DNA from: Microcoleus sp.
GTDB lineage: Bacteria > Cyanobacteriota > Cyanobacteriia > Cyanobacteriales > Microcoleaceae
DNA: 64,000 nucleotides
Assembly: GCA_052279835.1 (NCBI GenBank)
Contig: CP181291.1
Coordinates: 3,200,001 to 3,264,000, forward strand
Direction: 5' to 3'
The notes under the pieces were generated by a model that saw nothing but the letters and a program-made list of their open reading frames with translations, ran no database searches and was not told the origin of the DNA. Every line of letters begins with the position of its first letter. The stretch's first letter is position 1. The translations under genes and the position numbers were made by a program. This document shows positions 19,052-31,662 of this stretch, piece after piece.

Positions 19052-19636
19052 ATGTCAGTACCACCGATGGAATCGCCATTATCCTCTACTCCCCTATTTG
19101 AACCTGCGGTATTCCGACTTTCTCCTTTAATTAGAATCACCCTTTTGAGTTTGTACGCAGCCTTAACAATTCCCTTACCTTTTTTGTCGGCAGCAACGGC
19201 AGCACCGGTGCCTGCTAATATTATTTGGGCGGGAATTGTAGTCGGCGCTGTGGGTTTGTATGGCGTACTTAGCGAAAGGGTAATTGTGAATGACCAGGAA
19301 ATTCAAGTAACTTATCCCAACTGGTTTCCCAAAGTATTTCGCAGAGGTTGGTCTTTAGCTTGGACAGAGGTCAAAGCTCTTAAACCTCGCTCTACTGGTC
19401 AAGGTGGTTTAGTTTATTATTTTTTGAGTCATTCGGGAGAGGGTTATTTATTACCCATGCGAGTGGCGGGATTTGCCAAATTAGTCCGTTTAGTTGAAGC
19501 AAAAACAGGCATTGATACTACAGATGTCCGCCCTTTGTCTCAGCCTTGGATGTATTTGATTTTGCTCTTATGTACCCTGCTGTTACTCTTAGTTGATGGG
19601 TGGACGATTGTCACGGCGATCGCCTTCAAACCTTAA
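19052..19636 (+). CDS. Conserved cyanobacterial membrane protein
   Basis: 194 aa, three hydrophobic segments, TGQGGLVYYF, LLPMRVAGF. Confidence 0.8.
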   Translation: MSVPPMESPLSSTPLFEPAVFRLSPLIRITLLSLYAALTIPLPFLSAATAAPVPANIIWAGIVVGAVGLYGVLSERVIVNDQEIQVTYPNWFPKVFRRGWSLAWTEVKALKPRSTGQGGLVYYFLSHSGEGYLLPMRVAGFAKLVRLVEAKTGIDTTDVRPLSQPWMYLILLLCTLLLLLVDGWTIVTAIAFKP

Positions 19637-19692
19637 TTGTTGACTGTTAGCTGTCGGCTGAAGGTCAACCCTCAACAGTTAACAGTTAACAG

Positions 19693-20238
19693 TTAGCGAC
19701 TAGCAATCATTCCCGTCTGACGTGCGTAAGCAAAGAGTCCGCCGGCATCAATGACTGGGCCTACTTCTCCTAAAGGTTTGAGGTCATAGGTGCAATCTAG
19801 AGTATGGTTGATAATTTGCTCTGCTGTAAAGTCGATGGTCACTTCTTGGCCAGTAGCAAACAAATCGCAGAGTCGATCGGCTGATTCGATCGGATATAAT
19901 TCACCAGTAGCCGAACAATTGCGAAAGAAAATGCGGGCATAGGACAAAGCTACCACAGCCTCCACCCCAGCAGCCCCAAGAGCTATGGGAGCGTGTTCTC
20001 GCGAAGAACCGCAGCCAAAATTTTCCCCAGCAATGATAATCTGATAGCGGGTTTTCATTTCACCCGGTTCCATAAACTTACCATAGCGATCGGGCAACCC
20101 AATCATGGCGTAACTGCCAAGTTTATCGTACTCATCCGGCTTCGAGGGAACCAAAGTCAGGTATTCGGCTGGGATAATTTGATCTGTATCGATGTTGTCA
20201 TCTACCACAAAAATTTGACCGCTAATTACTTTACCCAT
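19693..20238 (-). CDS. leuD: 3-isopropylmalate dehydratase small subunit
   Basis: NIDTDQIIPA, NFGCGSSREHA, YARIFFRN. Confidence 0.93.
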   Translation of the reverse strand: MGKVISGQIFVVDDNIDTDQIIPAEYLTLVPSKPDEYDKLGSYAMIGLPDRYGKFMEPGEMKTRYQIIIAGENFGCGSSREHAPIALGAAGVEAVVALSYARIFFRNCSATGELYPIESADRLCDLFATGQEVTIDFTAEQIINHTLDCTYDLKPLGEVGPVIDAGGLFAYARQTGMIASR

Positions 20239-20395
20239 AGTTTATTTTCAGTTAGCCTCAAAGATGCTTTAGTCATGCTGTCAAGTCAGATGTCTATTTT
20301 AACCTGGGAGTGTCAATGGTAATCTGTATGAATAAAAATTTAGCTCCGAAAGTTTGGTTAAAAATTAACAGATTGCTAAGCGTCAACATATCTTT

Positions 20396-21265
20396 ATGGT
20401 GAATACAGTAGATGATATTGCCCGACAAGCCCGCGAGGGGTCTGTGGCAGCGATTATTCAAATCCTCAACGATCGACTTGCACAGATAGGCGTTAGAACT
20501 AGAGCCGTGTTTGCCGATGGGGTGCTCCAACTGTTGTGCGAGTCGGCCACCGCCGATTTGCTAGAACAGTCTAGCTTGGTCTCCCGCATCCGGGAAATTT
20601 TGGAGCAACTTTCGCCCCGAAATATTCGCCGAGTCAATATCAACAGCCGGATTGTCCGAGAACACCAACTGCTGTGGCTGGAAGAAATTCGCCGGGACCC
20701 GGAAAATCAACTCCTGTGGTGTCAAGAGATTAAACTGAGAAAAGTCCATTTTTGGCAGCGTTTCGCGATCGCCCAAACCGAGCGCCAAGGTCAGAAACCG
20801 GCTTTGCCCAAAATGGCGAAACAGCATCGATGGTCGATGCAGGAACCGCGACAATTTCAGCGCGGCATCATTGGTGGTATCGCCCTGAGCGTGTTGTTAC
20901 TCGTCGCCGTTGCAGCTATCTACAAAGGTTTCAATTCTCCATCGCTCAATACTACAGCCGCTACTACCCAAGCTACTGTTACTCCGATTCCCTCCGGGCC
21001 GACTCCTCCACAGAAAATTGCTCGCGAGACTGGAAACTCCGACTCTTTTGCACAAGCCGTGCGGTTGGCAGAACAAGCAGCCGCCGAAGGCAAAAGTGCC
21101 CAATCACGACCGGATTGGTTAGTTGTGGCCGCTAAGTGGCAGCAAGCTTCGGATTTAATGGCCTCGGTACCATCGAAACATCCCCGTTTCACAACGGCTA
21201 GCAACCGGGTGGCACTTTATCGCCAAAATAGCGAAAAAGCCCAACAGGAAGCACAAAATAGGTAA
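20396..21265 (+). CDS. Conserved cyanobacterial single-pass membrane protein
   Basis: QAREGSVAAIIQILN N-terminal domain, one TM segment, helical C-terminal domain. Confidence 0.8.
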   Translation: MVNTVDDIARQAREGSVAAIIQILNDRLAQIGVRTRAVFADGVLQLLCESATADLLEQSSLVSRIREILEQLSPRNIRRVNINSRIVREHQLLWLEEIRRDPENQLLWCQEIKLRKVHFWQRFAIAQTERQGQKPALPKMAKQHRWSMQEPRQFQRGIIGGIALSVLLLVAVAAIYKGFNSPSLNTTAATTQATVTPIPSGPTPPQKIARETGNSDSFAQAVRLAEQAAAEGKSAQSRPDWLVVAAKWQQASDLMASVPSKHPRFTTASNRVALYRQNSEKAQQEAQNR

Positions 21266-21598
21266 GGTGTACAGCCTGACAAAATCTGGCTTGAGCAGAG
21301 TTAATATGGAGCCTAGTAGGGCTTAACAACATTTTTTGACTAAAAATTTGTTTGTTTTTAGATAGTGCCATAATTATTTATGAGATATAATTAATTTGTG
21401 CGATCTAAATCACTCAGTGGATAGACTTGGATCACATAATAAATTTGCTAGAATCACAGACTAAAATAGGCAACATCACAGGTTTTGGAGAGGGGTGTCA
21501 CCAAGCAGTCACGACAAAAGCTGAATAATAATACCGGATAGCTTCTATCTTTGCAGCGATCGCAGGCTCAAACATCTTAAAATAAAGGCTTGGCTGCC

Positions 21599-23821
21599 AT
21601 GACAAATTATCAGGGAAGTCAAGACTGTGACCCGATCGACCGATCGCCCTCAGAGTCTTGTACGTTGCACTTACAGCAAATCACAGAACCAGTCTCAGTC
21701 CAAAAATTTCTGGATCGAATAATGCAGTACCAGGTCGATCCTGCTCAAATCGGGCGACAAATTTGCCAAATTATCGCGACAAGCTTTCATGAAGAAACGC
21801 TACTGCTGGAGATAGCTAATACTTTAGGAGCAGCTTGTCAAGCAGACTACTGTTTAGTTGCTGCTGTGAGTGACAATCGCATCGCCATTCCGAACGCAGG
21901 CTGGGGCATTTTCGGCGATCGAATCAATTCCACAGTGATTTCCGATGCAGCAGTTTTAACCCAAAGATCCGAAATTCCTGAAACAGAAATCTTAAACTCG
22001 CTATTAATTTCACTCCCAGAGCATCTCCTAGTAAATATACTGACACATGGTGAAATACTAGGGATTTCCGACCTTCAAGACGATCGATCGCCCAACAGGT
22101 CCCATTCCTTAGTCCCATCCCTTCCTTTCCGAGGGATTTTAGCATCGCCAACGCGATTTCGCGGGGCTGTTAATGGGATAATTATCATGGCTACTACCCA
22201 ACCCCAGGAGTGGTCTGCGGCTTCGCGGCAGTGTCTAGAATTAGCATCAGATGCGATCGCCTCCGCCATCTCCCACATTCAAAAAACTCAAGAAATTGCC
22301 CATTTAAACCAAAAATTAGAGCAACAAACTAAATACAAAAAGCTATTGAATAGCGTTACCAAAGAAATCGCAAAAAATGCAGAAATAGATCTAACTTTGC
22401 AACAGGTGATAGCAAGTACCAGCCAAAGCCTAGAAGTAGATAGAGTTCAAATCCTGTCATTAAAATATACAGCACCATTTTCACAAATAAGCTCTCTCAA
22501 TCAACCTAGCCCAACAACAATTGCCTTAGTTTGTGAATACGAGCCAAAAAAATTAGAAAAGCCACCGATCGCCCAAACAGAAACATCCCCAAAAAAATCA
22601 AAGCCTCCCACCAAAAATCAATATAAAACCACCAATAATCAAGCCAAAATCAGCAACTCACTATCGAAAAATATTAGGGATTTTAGGATATCGGAATCTA
22701 GTTTGTGCCAGTCAGCATTCAATAGCGCCCCCCAATCCTTCGCCTTGGCTGATGCAGGGGAAATAATCAACCAGGAACCGCAAAACTCAGTAGAAATCTT
22801 GAAACTTCAGGACACTCGCGCCTTGGTGCTGGTTCCCTTGATTGGCGGCCGGACACAGGAAACTGTCTGGGGTTTCTTGCTATTGCAAAATTCCCAACCT
22901 CGCACTTGGCAAATTGCAGAATTAGAGGTTTTGGAATCCATCGCCTCTCAAGTCACCAGGGCGATACTTGAGTTTGAAAAACTCCAAGAACTGCAAACTC
23001 AGCTAGAATATAGAAGCACTCAATTGGCAAACAGTCTAGATGTCCAGGAAAAACTGCACGAACAATCTGCCAATCAATTAGAGCAAATACGCAAGTTAAG
23101 GCTGATCCAAGACGAGTTCCTGAGCGTAGTCAGTCACGAGTTACGCACTCCTTTGACGATCATGAAGCTAGCAATTATGATGCTAAAACAAGCAGACCAG
23201 TCATTGCAGAGTCGGATTAAATATCTGGATATTCTAGAGCAGCAGTGTTCTAAAGAAACAGACTTGGTTAGCGATTTGCTAGCACTCAAACAGCTTGATG
23301 CTCAACAATTCCCCATGTTTCTAGTTTCGGTCTCTCTCAAGAGTATAATTCAAGATTTGGCTGAGGATTTTGAGCAAAAGTGGGTAGATAAAGGATTAAC
23401 TTTGGTTCAGGATTTCTCGAAACCATTACCTCGCTTGGAAACCGACAATGATAGTCTCCATCGCATCTTGTTGGAACTTTTGACCAATGCCGGCAAATAC
23501 TCGGCTCGTGGAACTGAGGTGACTTTGGAGATATCTCAAGCAAGTGGCAGTATTGTCATCAAAATATCAAATTTGGGCCTTGGGATTTCTGCTGCTGATT
23601 TACCCCACATCTTTGAAAAATTCCGCCGTGGGACAGGTATTACTCAGCAAGCTATCCCTGGTACGGGTTTGGGTCTAGCTCTGGTAAAGTGTTTAGTACA
23701 GCACTTGAATGGTACTATTGAGGTCTCTAGTAGTCCGTCAGAGATTTTGGAAAACGATCCGTTGTGGCGTACATCTTTTACTCTGAATTTACCCCAATTT
23801 CCAGGGGGTAGATACTCCTGA
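21599..23821 (+). CDS. GAF-GAF sensor histidine kinase
   Basis: [23 protein letters not shown]; no CBCR Cys-His motif seen. Confidence 0.88.
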   Translation: MTNYQGSQDCDPIDRSPSESCTLHLQQITEPVSVQKFLDRIMQYQVDPAQIGRQICQIIATSFHEETLLLEIANTLGAACQADYCLVAAVSDNRIAIPNAGWGIFGDRINSTVISDAAVLTQRSEIPETEILNSLLISLPEHLLVNILTHGEILGISDLQDDRSPNRSHSLVPSLPFRGILASPTRFRGAVNGIIIMATTQPQEWSAASRQCLELASDAIASAISHIQKTQEIAHLNQKLEQQTKYKKLLNSVTKEIAKNAEIDLTLQQVIASTSQSLEVDRVQILSLKYTAPFSQISSLNQPSPTTIALVCEYEPKKLEKPPIAQTETSPKKSKPPTKNQYKTTNNQAKISNSLSKNIRDFRISESSLCQSAFNSAPQSFALADAGEIINQEPQNSVEILKLQDTRALVLVPLIGGRTQETVWGFLLLQNSQPRTWQIAELEVLESIASQVTRAILEFEKLQELQTQLEYRSTQLANSLDVQEKLHEQSANQLEQIRKLRLIQDEFLSVVSHELRTPLTIMKLAIMMLKQADQSLQSRIKYLDILEQQCSKETDLVSDLLALKQLDAQQFPMFLVSVSLKSIIQDLAEDFEQKWVDKGLTLVQDFSKPLPRLETDNDSLHRILLELLTNAGKYSARGTEVTLEISQASGSIVIKISNLGLGISAADLPHIFEKFRRGTGITQQAIPGTGLGLALVKCLVQHLNGTIEVSSSPSEILENDPLWRTSFTLNLPQFPGGRYS

Positions 23822-23854
23822 CCCAAAACATACCTCAACTTCCCTAAGCCTATT

Positions 23855-23972
23855 TGTTGACAGTTGACAGTTGACCCTTCGACTAACCAACGGCGAAGCT
23901 GAGCTCTTAACAGCGAGCGGGCATCGTTGTTGACGGTTGACTGCTCAACAGTGAACAGCTAACAGTCAACAG
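23855..23972. repeat. Inverted GTTGACA/TCAACAG heptamer repeats
   Basis: gttgacagttgacagttgac ... aacagctaacagtcaacag; similar array at 19637-19692. Confidence 0.65.
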
Positions 23973-23991
23973 CGATGGAATCTCCCTTATT

Positions 23992-25671
23992 ATGCTCATC
24001 AAAGCTGCACCTAAAACCCTACGTTGGCAACGTTCTCAATATTCACCGTTAGCACGACAAATAGATGTTTTTGCAGCAGCGGCCAAGTTTATATTTTGTC
24101 TGTGGTGGGATGGACTGCTGCAAAACAAATCTGCCCATACTAGAAGAATTCGCGCCCATTGGTTGGTCAATACTTTGTTGCATTTGGGTCCGACTTTTAT
24201 CAAAATCGGACAGTCTCTTTCCACTAGGGCTGATTTGCTCCCCTTGGAGTACGTCAAGGAACTCGAACAATTACAAGACCGGGTGCCGGAGTTTAGTTCC
24301 GAAGAGGCGATCGCCCTGATAGAATCAGAATTGGGCAAAGATATTTATGCTTTGTATCGCGATTTTGACCCTTGTCCCATTGCCGCCGCCAGTCTCGGAC
24401 AGGTGCACAGGGCTAGACTGCACACCGGAGAAGATGTAGTTGTCAAAGTGCAGCGCCCCGGATTGGAAAAATTATTTGACTTGGATGTGAAAGCCGTTCG
24501 CCAAGTGATGAATTTATGCAATAAGTATTTTCCGGGAATTCGCAAGTACGACCTGGAATCTATTTATCATGAGTTTTTTAAGATTTTATATCAAGAAATT
24601 GACTATATACAAGAAGGCAAAAATGCCGATCGCTTTGGCAAGAATTTTCAAGGATATCCTCGGATTATTGTGCCAAAAGTATATTGGCAATACACTACCA
24701 AAAAAGTGCTGACTGTACAATACGCCCCTGGTATTAAAGTGGATGACCGCCTGAGCTTAGAGGCGATAGGAGTAGATATTGTCAAGCTCAATCAACTGGG
24801 AATTTGCTGTTACTTGAAACAGTTGTTGATTGACGGTTTTTTTCAAGCAGACCCCCATCCCGGAAATTTAGCCGTCACAGAAGATGGTAGTTTAATTTTT
24901 TATGATTTTGGGATGATGGCAGAGGTTAAGTCTTTGGAAAAAGACCAGATGGTCAAGACTTTTTTTGCTGTGATGAGAAAGGATACTGACGAGGTACTCG
25001 ATACTTTAATGACCATCGGCTTAGTGGAGCCGATGCCGGATCTGATGCCGGTACGCCGACTGATTACTTTTCTGTTGGATAAGTTTATTGATAAGCCGAT
25101 CGACTTTCAAGCCTTTAATGAGATTAAAAACGAATTGTACATCATGTTCGAGCAGCAACCGTTTCGTATGCCTGCACAAATGATGTTTATTCTCAAGTCA
25201 GTGACTACCCTCGATGGCATTGCCAGAACCCTCGACCCAAACTACAATTTTCTAGCATCTGCTCAGCCTTTTGTCAAGAGTATTGCGATTAGTAAAGGTA
25301 GAGGCAATACGGTGGGAGAACTGGCAAGACAAGCGCGAGATTTGATTAGATATAAATTGCAGCAACCGAGCAAATCAGAAGTTTTGTTCAAACGTTTAGA
25401 GCAGCGGATTCTGGATGGAGAATTGCAAATTAAAGTGCGAAATATAGAAAACGAGCGCGCCCTAAAACGCATTTATTTAGCCTTGAAAACTCTGATCTAT
25501 GCGTGTGTGACAGGTTTTGTGCTGGTAGCGGGGACAGTGTTGCTCAAGGGTGGATATGCGAGGGAGGCGATCGCCGCTTTTGTGGTGTCAGGATTCGGCA
25601 GTTTGTTTTTGATACGTTCTTTTGTGGATTTGTTGCTGAAAGAAAAACTAGATCGCCTAGCGGAAAAATAA
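23992..25671 (+). CDS. ABC1/UbiB (AarF) atypical kinase
   Basis: LGPTFIKIGQ, AAASLGQVH, VKVQRP, ADPHPGN, DFGMM. Confidence 0.93.
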   Translation: MLIKAAPKTLRWQRSQYSPLARQIDVFAAAAKFIFCLWWDGLLQNKSAHTRRIRAHWLVNTLLHLGPTFIKIGQSLSTRADLLPLEYVKELEQLQDRVPEFSSEEAIALIESELGKDIYALYRDFDPCPIAAASLGQVHRARLHTGEDVVVKVQRPGLEKLFDLDVKAVRQVMNLCNKYFPGIRKYDLESIYHEFFKILYQEIDYIQEGKNADRFGKNFQGYPRIIVPKVYWQYTTKKVLTVQYAPGIKVDDRLSLEAIGVDIVKLNQLGICCYLKQLLIDGFFQADPHPGNLAVTEDGSLIFYDFGMMAEVKSLEKDQMVKTFFAVMRKDTDEVLDTLMTIGLVEPMPDLMPVRRLITFLLDKFIDKPIDFQAFNEIKNELYIMFEQQPFRMPAQMMFILKSVTTLDGIARTLDPNYNFLASAQPFVKSIAISKGRGNTVGELARQARDLIRYKLQQPSKSEVLFKRLEQRILDGELQIKVRNIENERALKRIYLALKTLIYACVTGFVLVAGTVLLKGGYAREAIAAFVVSGFGSLFLIRSFVDLLLKEKLDRLAEK

Positions 25672-25780
25672 ATCTTAAACCTAGAGATATTAAGGCCAAA
25701 AAGTCAGAAGAATCTCCGTATCTTTAGACCGGGGACTGTCAATGCTGTAATAATTGGTTAAAGCACAGTTTCCTTGAAAA

Positions 25781-28700
25781 ATGCTGACACCTGCCACAGC
25801 CCTGACGCCAGCCGAACTAACATCCGCGATCGTCCGCAATCCCCTGATGGTTGCACCCGATACCACAGTGATGGAAGCGATCGCCCAGATGAGTGGCGTC
25901 CGTACCATTTGCTCAACCTCCAAAACCGCAGATAGCCAACTTGACGAACTCCATGTAGAGGCGCGATCGAGCTGCGTCTTAATTGTCCATGATCATCAGT
26001 TGCTGGGAATTCTCACAGAACGAGATATTGTGCGCCTCAGTACCCAAAAACGTTCCTTAGATAGCGTTCCGATCCGTGAGGCAATGACATCTCAGGTGGT
26101 CACTATCCGCGCATCTGCCTTCACGGATTTGTTTTTGGCGCTGAATCTGCTTCAGCAATATCAGATCCGCCACTTACCAGTGCTCGATGACCAAAATCGG
26201 GTGGTGGGAATGTTGACCCACGAAAGTTTGCGACAAACATCGCGCCCCGTAGATTTGTTACGATTGCGCCTAGTAACAGAAGTGATGACCTCTGAAGTGA
26301 TTTGCGCCAATCCTGATGTTTCAATGATGAACATCGCCGAATTGATGGCCCAAAATCGAGTCAGTTCGGTGATGATTGTCGAAGAAAAGGTAGGAAGCGA
26401 TCGCCAAAAACTGCAAATTCCCATCGGGATTGTGACTGAGCGCGATATCGTACAATTTCAGGCTTTAAACCTAAACTTAGAAACCTGTCTGGCAAAATCT
26501 GTGATGAGCACCCCGATTTTTGCGGTGAGTTCAGAAGATTCTCTGTGGACTGTGCAGCAGATGATGGAACAACGGTTAGTCCGCAGACTGGCGGTTACTG
26601 GCAAAGAAGGTGAATTGTTGGGAATTGTAACTCAGACGAGTATTTTGCAGGCGCTCAACCCCATAGAAGTATATAAATTAGCAGAAATTTTAGAAAAAAA
26701 GGTGTTACGACTAGAAGCAGAAAAAGTAGCACTGCTGGAAAATCGGAATATTGAACTAGAGCAGCAAGTGGAGAATCGCACCGCTGGCATGAAGGCAGAA
26801 TCAGAGCAAAAACAACTGATCGCTACCATCGCTTCCCAGATTCGAGCCTCCCTAGATTTACCAGAAATCCTCAATACCACAGTCACAGAAGTGCGATCGC
26901 TCTTAAAGTGCGATCGGGCTGACATCTGGCAGTTTCAAGCAGATGCCAGCGCGATCGTCCTAGTAGAATCAGTTGCACATAAGCAAACAGCAAATCAAAG
27001 CAAATATATTCAGGACAATTGTGTTGATTGGCGGGGAAAATGGCGCAGCGGAATGATTCGAGTAGTAGACGATATCTACACGGCCCCAATCACCGATTGC
27101 CACCGTCAACTATTAGAAGATTTGGAAATTAGAGCCAAAATTTTAGTACCTATTTTCCAAGCAGAAACCCTCTGGGGCTTGCTTTGCGTCGCCGAAAGCC
27201 GGGCACCCCGCCACTGGCAAACAACAGAAATTACTCTCGTGCAACAGTTGGCTACACAACTAGAAATTGCCATTCAACAGGGAACGGCTTACCAACAGGT
27301 ACAAAGCGAATTGGCAGAAAGACGACGGGTGGAGGCCCATTTGCGAGAAAGCGAAAAACGTTTTGCGGCTTTGGCCCAATCTGCTCCCGTGGGGATTTTC
27401 CGCACGGATACTAGCGGTAATTGCTTGTTTGTCAACGATCGCTGGTGTGAAATTGCTGGACTTACACCCGATGAAGCATTGGGTACGGGTTGGATTCAAG
27501 GCTTGTATCCAGAGGATCGCGACAGGATTAGCGCCGAGTGGTATCAATCCGCCCAAGAACATCGCCCTTTTAAGTTAGAGTACCGCTTTGGGCGATCGGA
27601 TGGTACTTTCCGTTGGGTGTTTGGACAAGCATCGGCAGAAAGGGACGAAAACGGGCAGATTGTGGGTTATATCGGCACAATTACTGATATTAGCGATCGC
27701 AAACGAACTGAAGAAGCACTGTCCCAACTCAATCAAGAATTAGAACAAAGGGTAGAACAACGGACGCTAGAAGTACATCGCAGTGAATCTCGCCTACAGG
27801 AAGCTCAACACATTGCTCGTCTTGGCCATTGGGAAATTGATTTGGCCCAGTCCAAGATTACTGGTTCTCCTGAGATTTTCGAGATTTTGGGATTGGAGAT
27901 CGATCGTCAGGAAACTGAGTTTTGAGCAACTCAGACAGCATTTCCATCCCTCAGACTGGACCTATCATCGTAAAACCATCAAAGGAGTTATGCAACTAGG
28001 TGGTAAACACTACGAACTAGACCAGAAAATTATCCGAGCTGATGGCTCCATAGGTTGGATTTTTGCTAAGGGACAAACGGTTTACAATGCTGAGGGTCAG
28101 CTTGTCCGATTGTTTGGCATTGTGATGGATATTAGCGATCGCAAACAGGCAGAAACTGAGTTAGCCCAGAGTGAGGAAAAATTTCGCTGCTTGGTGGAAG
28201 GGATTGATGATTTGATTTGGTCTTGCGATCGAGATGGTAAATTAACTTACTTGTCACCACAATTCAAAATACTCTTTGGTTGGGAACCAGAAGCATGGAT
28301 TGGTCAATCTTTTAGTCTGCTGGTTCATCCAGACGATCGCGATTGGGTTGTGGCTGATGCTCAGCGGATGGTTGTCACTGGTGAAAAGTTCCAGGCTCAG
28401 GAATTCCGACATCTGCACCGGGATAAGGGTTATATTTGGGTACTGTGCAACGCCACGCCGCTCAAAAATGCTGAAGGCATAGTGATGCAATTTCAGGGAA
28501 TTTTACGAGATATTAGCGATCGCAAATTAGCTGAAGAACAGTTGCGCCAACAGAAGGAAACACTTCAAACTATTTTCGATCGCATTCCCCTAATGATTGG
28601 TTTGTTTTCAGTCACTGGGGAAACTGTGATGATTAACCCCGAAATGGAGCGGGTACTTGGTTGGCACCAGGAAGAATACAACGAACTTGATGTTCTAGCA

Positions 28701-31661
28701 TCCTGCTATCCCAATTTTGATGATTATCGCAAGGTAGTCGCTCACATGATTCGGGCTGATTCTAGTTGGCAAGATTTTGAAACTCAGGTGCGCGACGGGC
28801 GAAAGTTGATTACTAGCTGGTCTCAAATTCGTTTGTCTAACGGTTCTAGCATTGGTCTGGGACAGGATATTACCGATCGCTTCTTAGCAGAAGAAGCTTT
28901 GCGCGAATCCAAGCAATTTTTGCAAACAGTTCTCAATACTTTTCCCCTGGGAGTATTTTGGAAGAATCGAGAATTTGTTTTTTTAGGTTGCAATCTATAT
29001 TTTGCCCAGGTGGGCAGTTTAGCATCTCCAGAGGAAATTGTAGGCAAGACTGATGAGGATTTTGACTGGGGACTAAGGGAAGCAGTTTTTTGCCGCACTG
29101 ATGATGCAGAAGTCATGGCATCAGGTATAGCTAAACTGGGAATGATCAAGACAATGCTTCAGGCTGACGGTTCGACAATTTGGCTGGAAATTAATAAGAT
29201 TCCTCTGCGAAACATCAAAGGCGAAATAGTCGGATTACTTGGTACTTTTCAGGATATTACCCATCGCAAATTAGCCGAAATTCGCTTGCAACAACAAGCA
29301 GAACAGGAACGCATCCTCACCTTCATCACTCAGCGGATACGGGCTTCTCTGAATCTCAAAGAGATTCTGAATACAGCAGTGGCAGAAGTGCGCGAGATTC
29401 TGAAGGTAGACAGAGTGTTGATCTATCGTGTCTATCCCAGTGGTACGGGGGCTGCGATTGCGGAATCCGTTGCACCGCATTGTCTGAAACTTCTGAATAT
29501 AAATTTTCCCGAAGAAACGTTCCCCCCGGAGAACTATCAGCGATACTTAGATGGCAGAATTTTTGCTTTGAGCGATCGGGAAACGGGGTCTATTTTGCCT
29601 TGTTTAGTAGATTTTTTAAGGCAAATCAAAGTCAGGGCAAAACTGGTATTACCCATTGTGGATAAACAGGAACTTTGGGGATTATTAATCGCTCATCATT
29701 GCGAGGAGTCTCGTGACTGGCAAAACTGGGAAATTGATTTGATGAAACAACTTTCTAACCAATTATCCATCGCTATTCAACAATCTAATTTGTATCAACA
29801 ATTGCAATTAGAGCTAAAAGAAAGACAAGCCAAAGATTTGGTGATTCACAGACAAGTGGAAACGGAATCTTTGCTGAGGGAAATCACTCAACGTATCCGT
29901 GACTCCCTGGATTTACAAACTATTTTTGCCAGGGCTACGGAGGATATTCGTCATTTAATTGATGCCGATCGAGTGGGGATTTTTCAATTTGCTTCCAATT
30001 CTAACTTTAATGAGGGTGAGTTTGTGGCAGAATCTGTGGTAGCAGGATTTAATTCTGTGATGGCGACTAAAATTCACGATCATTGCTTCGGCGAACAGTA
30101 CGCTGTTTACTATCACCAGGGTAGAATTCAGAAAGTCAGTGACATCTATGATTCTGGACTGACAGAATGTCACATCAATATTTTGGCACAATTTCATGTG
30201 CGGGCGAATCTGGCAGTGCCATTATTAGATGGATCGAATTTGTGGGGATTGTTGTGCATCCATCAATGTTCTCGACCCCGCTATTGGAGAGAGTCGGAGA
30301 TTAATTTAGTTAAGCAAATTGCCAATCAATTGGCGATCGGCATTCAGCAGGCAAATCTTTTTGACCAGTTGCAAAAGGAGTTACAGGAACGCCAACAAGC
30401 AGAAACAAAACTTACTGAAATTAATCAACAGTTGGCTATTTCTAACCAAGAACTTGCCCGCGCTACTCGTCTCAAGGATGAATTTCTGGCGAACATGAGC
30501 CATGAATTGCGAACTCCCCTAAACGCTATTTTGGGGATGACAGAGGCTTTGCAGGATGAGATTTTTGGTGCGATTAACGAGCGACAAATACGAGCTTTGC
30601 AAACTGTTGAGCATAGTGGGAATCATCTGTTGTCCTTAATCAATGATATTCTCGATCTTGCCAAAATAGAATCGGGACAGGTAGAATTAAATTGTAGTCC
30701 CACAGCCGTTGATAGTTTGTGTCAGTCTAGTTTGACTTTGGTGAAACAGCAAGCTTTACAAAAAAGGATTCAACTTCAGGTAAAAATTCCCGCGAACCTC
30801 CCAGAAATAGTGCTGGATGAACGTCGGATTCGACAAGTTTTAATTAATTTGCTCAATAATGCGATTAAGTTTACTCCTGAAGGTGGCAGTGTGATTTTGG
30901 AGGTGACAATCCAACCAAGCGAAATATTACCAACAAAGGCAAATTCTCCAACTACAGCAAGTTCTATTCGGTTTGGGGTGAGGGATACTGGTATCGGTAT
31001 CACAGCGGAAAATATTCAGAAGTTGTTTCAGCCTTTTGTGCAAATCGATAGTGCATTAAATCGTCAGTATATGGGTACTGGTTTGGGCTTGTCTCTGGTG
31101 AAACGGATGGTATCTATGCACGGGGGAAAAGTTTCGGTGACGAGTGAGGTTGGTGTGGGTAGTTGTTTTAGTTTTGATATACCCGCAGGCAATTTGCCCC
31201 TGCTGGTTTCTGAGTCGGGGGATACAAAAATGCCTAATTTGGAAGGTAGTTTGAGGGAAAAGGTTGCAGTAACAACTTCGCCTTTGCTATTGTTGGTGGA
31301 TGATAATCAAGCGAATGTTAATACAATTTCTGGCTATTTAAAAGCTAAGGGATATCAGATGTTGGTGGCGAAAAGTATTGCCGAGGCGATCGCCCTCACT
31401 AAATCATCGATTCCTGACTTAATTATGATCGATATTCAGATGTCGGGAATGGATGCTGTGGATGCGATTGGGCAAATCCGCAGCGATCGCCAATTTGCGA
31501 ATATTCCGACGATCGCCTTGAGTACATTGGCGATGGCGGGGGATGGGGAACTATGTCTACAAGCTGGGGCGAATCACTATTTGACTAAGCCTGTAAAATT
31601 AAAGCAATTAGTTAGCACTATTCAGGATTTATTAGCATCATCGCCCCTGGAAAGTAGTTAA
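25781..31661 (+). CDS. CBS x4 - CBCR GAF - multiple PAS - 2 CBCR GAF - HK - REC hybrid kinase (about 1959 aa if joined), split by a +1 frameshift near 27912
   Basis: ORFs 25781-27925 and 27783-31661 join within a PAS domain (..IDRQE|LSFEQL..); bilin motifs [30 protein letters not shown]. Confidence 0.85.
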
Positions 31662-31662
31662 T

